Shown here: positions 52,434 to 62,268 of the stretch, in pieces | Layout: every line of letters begins with the position of its first letter | Position numbering within the stretch: the first letter of the stretch is position 1 | IMG/VR virus record: IMGVR_UViG_3300048910_000190 | Location: 49,158 to 113,157 of that record | DNA: 64,000 nt | Strand: one strand, 5' to 3' | From: a virus | The notes under the pieces: model-generated | The model's input: only the letters and a program-made list of their open reading frames with translations | What the model was told of the DNA's origin: nothing | Database searches by the model: none | Made by a program: the position numbers and the translations under genes

Positions 52434-53984
52434 TCAGGCGACGTAGGACTGGCTGCGAGCCGTCACCTGGCGCTGCTTCGGCGGATCCAAGAATCGGCTG
52501 ACTGCCGAGCCAACAGCGTCAACGAGGTCGTCGAACGGAGCTTTCGGGAAGGCAACCATCTGCTCCTCCAGGTCCCGCAGCGCGCGGGCATGCAGGACCC
52601 GGCCCCGCTGGTAGTGGTTGAGGACCTTGGCGGCGCGGACCTCCTTCGGTTCCCGCTGGTGCACGGTGCGGAGCTTGACGGGCATGTGGTGGAGGATCGC
52701 CTGCCACGCGTCGCCGCCCTGGTTCGTCTCGATGACGATCAGCCCGATCTCCGGGTACTCGTCGAGGATCGCGAGGACCCGCTCCCTCAGCTTGGCGCCG
52801 GGCGGGATGCGGACAGGGATCGCGGCGTGCACAGTGCACGACCTTGTCTGCGCGCACCACGACACCACCGCGAGGCCCGTGAAGTCCGAGGTGGCTTTCG
52901 CGGTCACGGCCGGGTCGATGCTGAGCATCATGTGCGTGACGGGCTCGGTGCCGTACCGGAAGTCCTCGGCCGACCAGTAGTCCCCGTCTGCGCCCATCGG
53001 GTCGTTCGCCATGTTCTTTGCGTACGACCGGGTGTGCTCGATGCTCTTCAGGTATGCGAGCGGCCACTTGGCCGGCCACATGGAACGCTCCGTGCCGTCG
53101 TCCGCGCGGACGATCGGCATCGAATGGTGGGCCTGGAAGTTCTCGTCCCGGATCCACTCGGCGGTCTCCGTGCCCCGGGCGTGCTTGACGAGCTGGTGAA
53201 CGATCGACCCGGGCATGGTGACGGTGCCGACCAGCACGACCCGCGCATAGATGTTGAGCGGCAGAATCGCGTCCTTGAGGGTGGTGAGGCGCTTCCCTGC
53301 CTGGTCAGCCGAGTAGGACGACTCGTCGGGCTCCACATCGTCCAGCAGCAGCAGATCGGGGCGGCGGGAGCCGACCTTCATACCGAGGCTGCTGGAGTCC
53401 ATGCCGCGCGCGGCAAATGCGAACCCCGACTGGGCGACGTACATGCGCTGCGTGTCCGCAACCGATGCGCCGGAGGGGCGCTTGGCGGGATTGCACAGCT
53501 CAGGGAAGTCCTGCTGTAGCCACTCGTTGGTATTCAGCTCGGACTTGAACGTCGACAGGTGACCTTCGGCCTGCGCGGCGGAGGAGGAGAACGCGGCGAC
53601 GAACTTGATGAAGCCGTGCGCGGCGGCCCACATCGGCAGCAGCAGGAACCACCACGTGGACTTGCCGGTGGAGCGGGGTGCGATGTAGGCGTCGCGCTGC
53701 TCGGCCGGGGCTTGGGCGGGGCGGATCCAGCGGCGTCCGGCGCGGCACCAGTCGAGGTGTGCGTCGCCGAAGCTGACGTTGCCTTCGGCGTCCCGGAGGT
53801 GGGCGCGGAGGTACACCAAGGCGAACAGGATTGGATCAAGACGTGTGAGCGTTCGGCGCCCCTCCGGACTGTCGAGCATCCGCACGTCAGGCACGGCCCG
53901 GGCCAGGTACGCGTCCAGGTCGAAGCTTTCCGCGTCGAGCCCGGCGAGGTAGGAGTCGAGCGGCTCGGTGATGGCATCGATCAC
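52434..53984 (-). CDS. terL: Terminase large subunit
   Basis: Walker A APRSTGKS, Walker B LLLLDDVE, nuclease SIDPA...DDLVDA. Confidence 0.95.
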   Translation of the reverse strand: MIDAITEPLDSYLAGLDAESFDLDAYLARAVPDVRMLDSPEGRRTLTRLDPILFALVYLRAHLRDAEGNVSFGDAHLDWCRAGRRWIRPAQAPAEQRDAYIAPRSTGKSTWWFLLLPMWAAAHGFIKFVAAFSSSAAQAEGHLSTFKSELNTNEWLQQDFPELCNPAKRPSGASVADTQRMYVAQSGFAFAARGMDSSSLGMKVGSRRPDLLLLDDVEPDESSYSADQAGKRLTTLKDAILPLNIYARVVLVGTVTMPGSIVHQLVKHARGTETAEWIRDENFQAHHSMPIVRADDGTERSMWPAKWPLAYLKSIEHTRSYAKNMANDPMGADGDYWSAEDFRYGTEPVTHMMLSIDPAVTAKATSDFTGLAVVSWCAQTRSCTVHAAIPVRIPPGAKLRERVLAILDEYPEIGLIVIETNQGGDAWQAILHHMPVKLRTVHQREPKEVRAAKVLNHYQRGRVLHARALRDLEEQMVAFPKAPFDDLVDAVGSAVSRFLDPPKQRQVTARSQSYVA

Positions 53985-53987
53985 GGG

Positions 53988-54527
53988 CTACTCCCCGGCC
54001 GCGCCGTAGTCCGGCTCCCGCTGCTCCCCGCCGTCCAGCGAGTGGTGCACGACAACTCGCCCGGACGGGTCAACAGCAGACGGCACAGATCTGGGCGTTG
54101 GCCCGCACGGGCAGCTGCCGTCGAAGTCGTGGACGATCACATCGTCGAGCGGAACGACGTGAGCCGTGCCCGCATCGACCTGCTGCACAAGCCACTGGCC
54201 AGGCGGGATGTCGTCGGTCACGACCAGGTCGGACTCGTGCTCGTAGCGTTCGCTGCTGGCCGGCGCGGGCTTCGGCGCGATGACCGGTTCGGTGTCGTCG
54301 CCCATGTCCAGGTCGAACTCGTCCACGGTGATGATGGCCCGGAGCAGCCTCATGCCGACCGGCGGCCGGACGTCCCCAGCGGCGTCGCCGACGATCGGCC
54401 GGCCCGTGGGCTGGTAGTCCTGCAGGGTCATCCGGTCGATGAGGTGCTCGCCGAGCGCAGCCAGGTATCCGGGGTCGGATGCGAGCCAGGACGGTACGAG
54501 GGAGTCGAAGTAGTAGCTGCTGCTCAC
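53988..54527 (-). CDS. Hypothetical protein between the terminase subunits
   Basis: C-terminal HVVPLDD..HD..CPCGP...VVHHSLDG metal-binding-like motif. Confidence 0.7.
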   Translation of the reverse strand: MSSSYYFDSLVPSWLASDPGYLAALGEHLIDRMTLQDYQPTGRPIVGDAAGDVRPPVGMRLLRAIITVDEFDLDMGDDTEPVIAPKPAPASSERYEHESDLVVTDDIPPGQWLVQQVDAGTAHVVPLDDVIVHDFDGSCPCGPTPRSVPSAVDPSGRVVVHHSLDGGEQREPDYGAAGE

Positions 54528-54988
54528 TGCTCGCCTCGCAGGCGCTGCTCCTCGTAGGCGACCCGGGCCTTCGCCTCGTTGATCATCTCATGGAGTTCGA
54601 GATCCACAACCGTCTGCTCCGTCACCACGGCCTGGATGAGCGTCGGCGCCTTGATCCCGAGCAGGTCGATGATCTGCTTGCCGACCTGGACCGCCACCTC
54701 GATCGCCCGAGGCTCACCCTTGTCCACCCGCGGTGCCAGGCTCTTCAGGTAGTGCTCCAGGCGGTCGATCTGCTGCTGCACCCACAGGTCGGCCATCTCC
54801 TGCTCGGCGTCCCGCGCGGCCCTGCGCGCCCGCGTGAAGTCCTTCCGGGCGGCGGAGACGGAGCCGTTGTAGCCGAAGGACGGGTCATCCGCGATGTCCT
54901 CGAACGAGATTCCGTCGATGCGGGCCTTGACGAGCCTGGTTCGGCGCTGCGCCACGAGCACCTGCGCGTACCTGTCATTGGGGGCCAC
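54524..54988 (-). CDS. Terminase small subunit
   Basis: HTH-like RIDGISFEDIA...SAARKD then a coiled coil; upstream of terL. Confidence 0.8.
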   Translation of the reverse strand: MAPNDRYAQVLVAQRRTRLVKARIDGISFEDIADDPSFGYNGSVSAARKDFTRARRAARDAEQEMADLWVQQQIDRLEHYLKSLAPRVDKGEPRAIEVAVQVGKQIIDLLGIKAPTLIQAVVTEQTVVDLELHEMINEAKARVAYEEQRLRGEQ

Positions 54989-55047
54989 GATTCCTCCTCG
55001 GGTCGACCTGGATGATCGCCCGAGGAGGGCCGTGGGCTGCGAACGGG

Positions 55048-58000
55048 TTAGGACAGGGCGCACCACCAGGCGTTGGACGCTCCTGCGAGGGTGCCGATGC
55101 TGGACGGCATTGAGGTGGTCTGGCCGGTCGCCGCGGTGCCATAGCGGCTGGTGGATGCCGAGAGGCCCGCGTTGACGGCGCTCTGGCTGACCCCTCGCAG
55201 GAAGGACGGCAGCGTGCTGCCGTTGGCGAAGAAGCCGATCAGATAGTCCCCGGCCGCGAGAGCCTGCGCGCCCCCGGCGAGGGCCATCGTCTTCGTGCCG
55301 GTGCTCGCCCAGGCCGTCGCCTGATCAGCGGTCGATGCGATCAGGCTGCCCGCTGCGGTGTACAGCCCGGCGAAGCACTGGCCGCTCGTCAGGCCGGATC
55401 CGGCGGTGGAGACGAACATCAGGATGTTGGTGATGGAAGCGGCGACGGGGAGGTGGATGCGGGCGAAGTGCACCGTGCCCGCGGCTGGGAGGAGTTGCCC
55501 GGCTGCGCAGGTGGCGGGGTCTTGGGTCCAGGTGGTCAGGCCGTGGTCTTCCGGTGACCAGTAGACGCGGGGGTGGACGTGGCCGACCGCTGTGGCGCTG
55601 GGGCCTGCCCCGGCGGCGCCGATCGCGCCGGCCTTGGTGGGGATGGTGGTGGTGTCTACGGTGGCGCCGCTGCTGGCGGAGGTGAGGGCGTAGCGCATCA
55701 GCTCGCCCATCGTGAGGACTGGGATCCCCTTGGAGTTGATCGCGGCGATGATCGAGGTGAAGTCGGAGGTGAGGCACTGGGAGGTGTCGGCCGGGCTGGC
55801 GGCGACGAGCTGGTGGAAGTTGAGGACCAACACGCCACCGTTGGCCTTGATCTTGTCGAGGTCTCCGCCCGCGCCGGTGATGTTGGCGGGCGCGTAGCCG
55901 CCGGAGAAGGAGGAGATGGCGGAGATGCGCCGGACCCGGAACGGGTCCGACGGCGGGAAGACCTCGCGGGTCTTGTTGACCGTGGTCGCCGACGTCGCGA
56001 AGTACTTCTGCAGGATGCTGGTGATCGACGTGCCGTCAGTCGTCTTGCCGGTCGCCCCCTTCGGCAACGCGAACAGGTCAGCGCCGTGGAAGCCGTTGCT
56101 GACGGCGTACGCCTTCATCGCGCGGGCGTCCGCATCCACCTGCGCGGCCGTCACCCCGGCGTAGGTGAGCCCGTGGATCGTGTCCGAGCTGGCATGGCAG
56201 GCCAGCTCCCAACCGGACGCGGCTTGGAGGTCCTGCATCTCCTGGAGCGTCAAGCGGCCCGACAGGCCCACCCGGTCCTGGATGACGTAGGCCGTTACCG
56301 GGTAGCCGTACGTGTCGAGGATGGTCTTGCCCTGGTCGATGAACGACTGGTACACGTCATCGGCGGTCAGGATCACGACGCCGGACGGGAACACCGCCGC
56401 CCCGTCAGCGATCAGTTCGGCGGCCTGCAGGCGCACCGTGACCGCCGCCCCCGTGTCCCGGATCCGGACGCGCAGCGCGGTGAGACCGGAGCGGGCGCCG
56501 GCCCCGACCGCGGTGGCGTCCGCGAACCCGAGGCTCATCAGCACCCAGTCGCCGGACGTCAGGTAGGTGCTGGTGCCGGTGGTGCTCTGCGGGTTCCATG
56601 TCCAGCCGGACGCGAACGTGCCGTCGACGGCGAGCGTGACGTCGAGGTTCTGCAGGGTCGTGATGTCTTCGACGCGCACGGCGATTCGCAGCGCCTTGCC
56701 GGTCGTGTCCGCCGAGGTGATCGCCCCGGTGACGGCGTAGGTGGCATTGTCGCCCGGGCTGACGTACTTGGCGCACTGGGAGCCGCGGGCGAACACGACT
56801 GTGTCGGCCGTGAGGGTGCCACCGTTGGCGACGAAGCTGTTGCCGGACTGCCACTCGGTGAGGATTGCCGAGGCCTGCGGGAAGCGGGGGAGACGGAACG
56901 TGGGCGGGTAGATGGCGGTGCTGCTACCGGAAGCACTGTTGCTGGTGTTGGTCAGCAGGATGCTGGCCGGGTAGTTGGTGGAGGCGTAGACGGTGCCGGT
57001 CCCGGTGCCCTTCGTGACCAGGGCCAGGGTGACGAGGCCGCCGGAGATGTGGCCGGCCGCGACGGTGAACTCCCACTCGCCGCCGACTCCTGGGAATGAG
57101 GATGCCTGCGGATAGTAGGAGGGCAGGCCTTCGGTGGCAGGGGTGGTCGTGCCGGACGAGGCGTACAGGTTGGGTACGCCCGATGAGTCGAGCAACGCGA
57201 GGTCGAGGAACTGTCCGGAGGAGGAGCGCATGAAGCTCGCGGAGATGCTGACCTTGTCGCCCGCGGCGGCGGCGATCTGTGCCTGCAGCGGTACGGTGCC
57301 GCCACTCTTGACGATCTGCCAGGCACCGGAGGTGTTGGGCAGGGTCACGTCGCCGGGCGTGAGGTACTGCTCGACGGTCGTGACCGTGGTGCCGCTACTT
57401 CCTCCGCTGCCTGCAGTCGCTGTGGCCCAGGCGACACCCGCGCTCTTGGTCGAGTCCGCGGTGAAGACCTGCCCGTCCGTGCCGACGCCGACCCGGGCGA
57501 GAGTGCCGGAGCCGGTGGCGACGAACACGTCGCCCTTCGTTGTCGCGAGGCTCTTGGCCACGTACAGGGCGGCGGCTGAGGTGACGGCTGCTCCGGATGC
57601 CGCGATGGCCCGGTTGTCGGCGTAGGCGCGGTCTCCGTGCGGGTCGGTCGCTGCGACGTGCGCGGTGATGGCAGCGGCCGGCGCCCCGCTGGCAGCGTAG
57701 GTGGCATTCGCGCGTGCGATTTCGGCGCTGATCTGGGTGTCGGTGTAGGCCCGATCGGCGTGCGGGTCGGTGGCAGCAACGTGGGCAGCCACTGCTGCTG
57801 CGGGGGCACCGGACGCGGCGTAGGTGGCATTGGCCCGGGCGACCTCTGCTGCCACCTTCGTGTCGGTGTAGGCCTCCGCGGTGGTGAGCGCAGCGGTTGC
57901 GGCGCCGGCCGCGTCGAAGGTGGCGATCGTCGCCGACGACAAGGTCGGGTTGGGGTAGGCGCCGGTAAGTGCGCCGCCGGCCGGGCCCGATGGTGCGCCG

Positions 58001-58530
58001 CCTCCGCTGCCGCCGATGGGCTGCCCGGTGCCCCAGGAGTTGGTGGTCTTCGGGCCGTAGATGACGAGTGCGGTCGGGATGCTGTTGTCGATGTACCAGT
58101 CGCCGACGATGCCGATGCCGAGGTCGGGGGCGCCGCTTCCGGAGCGGACGGAGTTGCCTTGCGGCCCGGTGACGACGAGGTAGGCGCCGGATGCGGGCAC
58201 GGTTGGGGTGACGGCGGGGAGGCTGACGTTGGGTGCTGCTGCTGGCAGGGCGAGCGGGTACAGCCGCACGATCTGGTGGGCTTTCATCTCGGCGACGAGA
58301 TAGGTCCAGCCGGTTGGGGTGCATCCGGCGGCGTCGGTGGCGACGAGCGTCGCGGCCATGCCGCCGGTGGCGTCGACGGTGGCGTTGCTGGTGCCGTGCA
58401 GGATGACGCCGTACGTGGGGGAGGTGACGGTGGGTGCGGTGAAGCGGACTTCGTCGATGTCGAGGGTGCCGTCGGGGGCGAGGTATCGGCCGGTGACGGT
58501 GACGGTTTCGAGTCCGGGGGGGAAGGTCAC
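55048..58530 (-). CDS. Large fibre/spike-like virion protein with a NodB polysaccharide-deacetylase-like domain
   Basis: Baseplate-anchor-like N-terminus, GDWYID/YPNPTL motifs, DPH repeats, TKGD motif, LTADD...WELACHA...IH, C-terminal WWCALS. Confidence 0.8.
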   Translation of the reverse strand: MTFPPGLETVTVTGRYLAPDGTLDIDEVRFTAPTVTSPTYGVILHGTSNATVDATGGMAATLVATDAAGCTPTGWTYLVAEMKAHQIVRLYPLALPAAAPNVSLPAVTPTVPASGAYLVVTGPQGNSVRSGSGAPDLGIGIVGDWYIDNSIPTALVIYGPKTTNSWGTGQPIGGSGGGAPSGPAGGALTGAYPNPTLSSATIATFDAAGAATAALTTAEAYTDTKVAAEVARANATYAASGAPAAAVAAHVAATDPHADRAYTDTQISAEIARANATYAASGAPAAAITAHVAATDPHGDRAYADNRAIAASGAAVTSAAALYVAKSLATTKGDVFVATGSGTLARVGVGTDGQVFTADSTKSAGVAWATATAGSGGSSGTTVTTVEQYLTPGDVTLPNTSGAWQIVKSGGTVPLQAQIAAAAGDKVSISASFMRSSSGQFLDLALLDSSGVPNLYASSGTTTPATEGLPSYYPQASSFPGVGGEWEFTVAAGHISGGLVTLALVTKGTGTGTVYASTNYPASILLTNTSNSASGSSTAIYPPTFRLPRFPQASAILTEWQSGNSFVANGGTLTADTVVFARGSQCAKYVSPGDNATYAVTGAITSADTTGKALRIAVRVEDITTLQNLDVTLAVDGTFASGWTWNPQSTTGTSTYLTSGDWVLMSLGFADATAVGAGARSGLTALRVRIRDTGAAVTVRLQAAELIADGAAVFPSGVVILTADDVYQSFIDQGKTILDTYGYPVTAYVIQDRVGLSGRLTLQEMQDLQAASGWELACHASSDTIHGLTYAGVTAAQVDADARAMKAYAVSNGFHGADLFALPKGATGKTTDGTSITSILQKYFATSATTVNKTREVFPPSDPFRVRRISAISSFSGGYAPANITGAGGDLDKIKANGGVLVLNFHQLVAASPADTSQCLTSDFTSIIAAINSKGIPVLTMGELMRYALTSASSGATVDTTTIPTKAGAIGAAGAGPSATAVGHVHPRVYWSPEDHGLTTWTQDPATCAAGQLLPAAGTVHFARIHLPVAASITNILMFVSTAGSGLTSGQCFAGLYTAAGSLIASTADQATAWASTGTKTMALAGGAQALAAGDYLIGFFANGSTLPSFLRGVSQSAVNAGLSASTSRYGTAATGQTTSMPSSIGTLAGASNAWWCALS
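57628..57873 (-). repeat. Two tandem 123-bp (41-aa) intragenic repeats
   Basis: AYTDT.....ARANATYAASGAPAAA..AHVAATDPH.DR twice. Confidence 0.9.
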
Positions 58531-58634
58531 CGGTTGGTCCTCCATCGGGCGGGCAGGGGTGTGGTCTGCCTGGTGGAGGGGGCCGGGCGTTGCCTATCGG
58601 AGCATGGGCGGCGGCGGGGCGTGTGAATGCGAAA

Positions 58635-58657
58635 GGCCCCGCCGTGGTGGCGGGGCC
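58635..58657 (-). terminator. Terminator between the early and late regions
   Basis: GGCCCCGCC-N5-GGCGGGGCC followed by TTT on the minus strand. Confidence 0.7.
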
Positions 58658-58829
58658 GTTGGTGGATCGTAGAGGGGAGCCCATTCCCTCAAGCATCGCA
58701 GGCCAGGTTCGTCGGGCGTCGAGTACGCGTCCTCTTCGCCGTTCAAGTCCTGCCGTTCGGGCAACGTCTGGTGATCGAGCCAGCCGTCCCACGCCAGACG
58801 CGCGGTTTCTCTCAGTGTGCCACGGTGCG

Positions 58830-59261
58830 TCAGCTGGTCAGTGCCCACTCGGGCTTGTAGTCGGGGTGATAGGCGTACGCCAGGGCGAACTTGCGGAGCG
58901 CGTCTTCCATGACGGCGGCGAAACCGCTCAAGAAGGTCGCGTGGTAGTCATGGGCGCGTTCAGCGAGGCGTATGACGTCCCGCTTGGCGTCGACCTCGGC
59001 CAGCACACGCGCCGGATCATGGCGGGCGATGTGGCTGGCATCGGCCATGCTTTGCCGGTCGTCGGTCTCACCAGTGCCTGCAACGCACGTCGCTGCAGCG
59101 CCATCAGGGCCGCTGAAGACGGCTTCCTCGAACCAGGAGGTGCCGGGCTTACGCCAGTGCTTGTTCGGATTGTGCCGCCACGGACCGCTCGTTGCTGCCC
59201 TTGCCGCCTGCTCGTCCTCGTCGAGGCGTGCCCGGAGAAAATCCACCAGGTCGTCGGTCAT
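58830..59261 (-). CDS. DUF6221-like phage protein
   Basis: DLVDFLRARLDEDE, HIARHDPARVLAEVDAKR, LAYAYHPDY. Confidence 0.85.
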   Translation of the reverse strand: MTDDLVDFLRARLDEDEQAARAATSGPWRHNPNKHWRKPGTSWFEEAVFSGPDGAAATCVAGTGETDDRQSMADASHIARHDPARVLAEVDAKRDVIRLAERAHDYHATFLSGFAAVMEDALRKFALAYAYHPDYKPEWALTS

Positions 59262-59428
59262 CGTGGGCTCACAACATCACACCTGTCGGGTCCACCGAGG
59301 GCACCACCATGCCCGTACATGCAGTTGATGTTCTGGCAAGCGTGGTCGTCGGATGCTGGGGCGAAGATCAGTGGGTTGCCGTGGACGGGGCAGACACAAA
59401 GGTCACTGCACTGGTGCTGGCTGCTCAT
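59258..59428 (-). CDS. 56-aa Cys/His-rich protein (MSSQHQCSDLCVCPVHGNPLIFAPASDDHACQNINCMYGHG...)
   Basis: Manual translation; stop overlaps the DUF6221 ATG. Confidence 0.7.
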   Translation of the reverse strand: MSSQHQCSDLCVCPVHGNPLIFAPASDDHACQNINCMYGHGGALGGPDRCDVVSPR

Positions 59429-59481
59429 GTCTCATCCTCTCGCAGTCGGGCCCGCCAGGTCGTTGCCTGACAGGTCCCAGT

Positions 59482-59760
59482 TCAGCAGTACGACTCGCCG
59501 CCGCACCCGTTCCACTGTGCGCGGACGTATTCCAGCGGCCCGTCGTCGTCGCTCCAGGTCGCAGATCCGGGCCCTGGGAGGCCGGGTGCCCAGGTGCCGT
59601 GCCTGCGGTCGTAGTCGAGGAGTTCGAGCGCCTGGTTGAGGTAGTCGTCGGGCGGCAGCGCCGGGTCGGCGAGGTGCTGCAGGTCTGCGGCCACGGCCCG
59701 CTGCAGCAGGTGGTCCCGCTCGGCCTTGGCAGTGCTGGTGAGGTGCGAATCAAGCTCCAC
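59482..59760 (-). CDS. Hypothetical protein downstream of the translocase
   Basis: RBS GGAGGTGG; overlaps the translocase stop. Confidence 0.6.
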   Translation of the reverse strand: MELDSHLTSTAKAERDHLLQRAVAADLQHLADPALPPDDYLNQALELLDYDRRHGTWAPGLPGPGSATWSDDDGPLEYVRAQWNGCGGESYC

Positions 59761-61720
59761 CGTCAGCCACCTCCTCCTCGTCGCGGGCCGGGAGCGAGTA
59801 CCTGACCGCTGCGCCCTCCTTCTCCCCGATGATGCCGTGCTCCAGCCACACGTCGACGGCCCGGCGGACCGTGTCCCGGCTGTCGAACGGGCCGTCCCGG
59901 TGCAACATGTCCTTCGTCACCGAGCCGTGCTCCTCGCACAGCTGGCAGAACACCCGGTACAGGGACGGCTGGCCATCCGCGCCGACCGGCTGGCCGTCCG
60001 GGTAGCAGAGCTGCGGGCGCGGAGGCGGAACGAGCCGAATCTGCGGCCGCACATCCGCAGCCGCTGGACGACCGCGCCCCATGACGACATCCCTGACGTC
60101 TGCCGTGATGTCCGCGCCGCTCACGAACTCCGCGCGGCACTTCGGCGGGCTCGTCAAAGGCATCTCCGGGCAGCCGAGATAGAACTCGCCCCGGCGCGTC
60201 AGCTCATGCGGGGTGAACCCCGCAGTCTTCCAACCGGTCCCGAAGATGAACTGGGTGTGCCCAGCCTCGCCAACCCGAGTAGAGATCCGGTTGCCGTAGT
60301 TCCCGCGGGCGTCCGTGTCACCACCGAACACCTTGGCGGAGGGCTGCTGCGTCGCAGAAAGGAACTGGATCCCGTAACCACGGGCGAGGGCCAGCAGCGA
60401 CTGGTACGTCGTCGTGATCGCCTGCTCGGCGGGGCCGGCGTCGGGGTCGCCCTTGGCGAGTGCGGCCTCCTCCTTGCGGAGTTCTTCGTCCTGCCGGATC
60501 AGCTCCGCGAGCTCATCGGTGACGATGAACCAGACCGGCCCGTGCACGCCGGGCACCCACTTCTGGATCGAATCGTGCCCCGCGGCGATCGACTCCTTCG
60601 ACAGCGCCTCCAGGACGGCGCCGCGACGGTCGAGTTCGGCGCGGATCTTGTGCAGAAGGTCGCGCGCCTCCTCCGGGCCGCGGGCGAGGCCCTTCATCAG
60701 GGGCTCCCACGGTCCGAGCTCCAGGGCGCCCGGCTTCATGTCGATCCCGAAGATCTCGACGTGCTTCTTGCGTAGCAGCTTCTTGACGATGAGGTTGACG
60801 ATCCCGGACTTGCCCCAGTCGCTGGCGCCGGCCACGAGGGTGTGCCGGTACAGCATGGTCAGGAGGACCGGCTCGCCGTTCTCGTCCCAGCCGATGCGGA
60901 TCGGGTCGTTGATGTCGTCAGTCTCGCCGTCGAGGCTGAACGGGATGACGTCGTCGCAGAAGGGGTTCCTGGCGGGGGTGGGCTCGGGCGCGATGAGGGC
61001 GTCGGCCGCCGGCGCCAGTTCATCGGCCTGGGCCGGGGCGGCGGTGGGCACGATGGCGCCCTTCACGGCCTTCGTCCCGTTGGTGGCGGCCAGTTCGCGC
61101 TCGTGCTTGCGATGCTCCTTCAGCCACGGCACCCAGCCGGCGTAGCCGACACCGGTCGCCACGACTGTCGCCATGAGCGAGGCGCCCCCGATACCACCTC
61201 CGACCGCTACTGCCGCGTCAGCAAGGGCGATGCCAACACCAGCGCTGATGGTGTGGAGGCTCTCCTTCTCGACCTTCAGCCCGATCCAGGACACGCCTGC
61301 GGCAACGGCGGTTGCGGCGGCGTATCCGGTGGCGGCACCAGCCCCGGCTCCGGCGAGGTGCTGCGCCCAGCCGATGGTGCTGACGGTGCCGGTAGCGGCG
61401 GCGGGGACGAGCTCCAGGCGGTAGCGGAGGACGAGGCTGTAGACGCGGCGGGCCACGAGGGCGCATCCGGCCCGGAGGCGGCGCTGAGCTGGGGTTTTCT
61501 TCTCTGTGACGGGCAGGTAGATGGAGTTGAAGTCCGGTGACGACGACGGCTGGGCTGGCGCGTCCGGGGCAAGCGTCCAGGTGATGTGACCTGCGGTTTC
61601 GACGACGGGGGCTGTCGTCGGCACGTTCGTCGTCGGAATCGTCGTCACGTTCGTCACGGCCGTGCTGGGCGCGCGCCGGGGCTGCGGCAGAAGCACGGGG
61701 CCGAGGTGCTGCTGGGCCAC
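59750..61720 (-). CDS. FtsK/SpoIIIE-family TraB-like DNA translocase
   Basis: N-terminal TMs; Walker A AGASDWGKS; GIDMKPG; Walker B FIVTDEL; ATQQP; C-terminal winged-helix-like domain. Confidence 0.88.
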   Translation of the reverse strand: MAQQHLGPVLLPQPRRAPSTAVTNVTTIPTTNVPTTAPVVETAGHITWTLAPDAPAQPSSSPDFNSIYLPVTEKKTPAQRRLRAGCALVARRVYSLVLRYRLELVPAAATGTVSTIGWAQHLAGAGAGAATGYAAATAVAAGVSWIGLKVEKESLHTISAGVGIALADAAVAVGGGIGGASLMATVVATGVGYAGWVPWLKEHRKHERELAATNGTKAVKGAIVPTAAPAQADELAPAADALIAPEPTPARNPFCDDVIPFSLDGETDDINDPIRIGWDENGEPVLLTMLYRHTLVAGASDWGKSGIVNLIVKKLLRKKHVEIFGIDMKPGALELGPWEPLMKGLARGPEEARDLLHKIRAELDRRGAVLEALSKESIAAGHDSIQKWVPGVHGPVWFIVTDELAELIRQDEELRKEEAALAKGDPDAGPAEQAITTTYQSLLALARGYGIQFLSATQQPSAKVFGGDTDARGNYGNRISTRVGEAGHTQFIFGTGWKTAGFTPHELTRRGEFYLGCPEMPLTSPPKCRAEFVSGADITADVRDVVMGRGRPAAADVRPQIRLVPPPRPQLCYPDGQPVGADGQPSLYRVFCQLCEEHGSVTKDMLHRDGPFDSRDTVRRAVDVWLEHGIIGEKEGAAVRYSLPARDEEEVADGGA

Positions 61721-61763
61721 GGCAAGGTCCTCTTTCTAGGGTGGGGAAACGGGAAACAAGCAG

Positions 61764-62268
61764 TGATGCGGACACGGAGCCCGGTGACTACAGGTAGCCG
61801 CCGGTGCCCTGCTGCGGGTCGGTGGATGATGCGCGGGAGAGCACGGTGCGGACGTAGTTCGCGTTGACGGTGATGCCGTGCGGTGCGAGCGCATCAGCGA
61901 TCTGCTGCGCCTGCGCATCAGGGTGCGCATCGCGCATCGCCCGGACTGCGGCGGCCTTCGAGAGCGCGGTGAGGTCGATGTCGTGCGGCGCCTCAAGGCC
62001 ATCGCTCGTGTGCGCATCAGGTGATGCGGCCTGCGGCACGGTGATGATGCGCGGGGCCGCATCACGGTTCTGACGTGTATAAACAGTGGGCGCATCAGGG
62101 GTGGCCGGGGCGCGGCGGGGCTGCGGTGACGGTGCGATCTGGCGTGGCTGCTGAAGCGTGATGACGATGTGCTGCGCATCGTCGTGCGATGCGGCGAGTG
62201 CGGCGGCGGGTGATGCGGTGATGCGCTCGGCGTGGGGCGCATCAGGTGAGGCGAAGTACGCCGCATCA
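61764..62268. repeat. Array of 13 CGCATCA/TGATGCG heptamers in both orientations
   Basis: Copies at 61764, 61827, 61890, 61914, 62013, 62022, 62045, 62058, 62091, 62211, 62219, 62238, 62262. Confidence 0.85.

Noticed and set aside
58594-58848. 84-aa minus-strand ORF after DUF6221
   Set aside because: Runs through a clear terminator hairpin and has a low-complexity C-terminus; may be a remnant but cannot be supported as a gene
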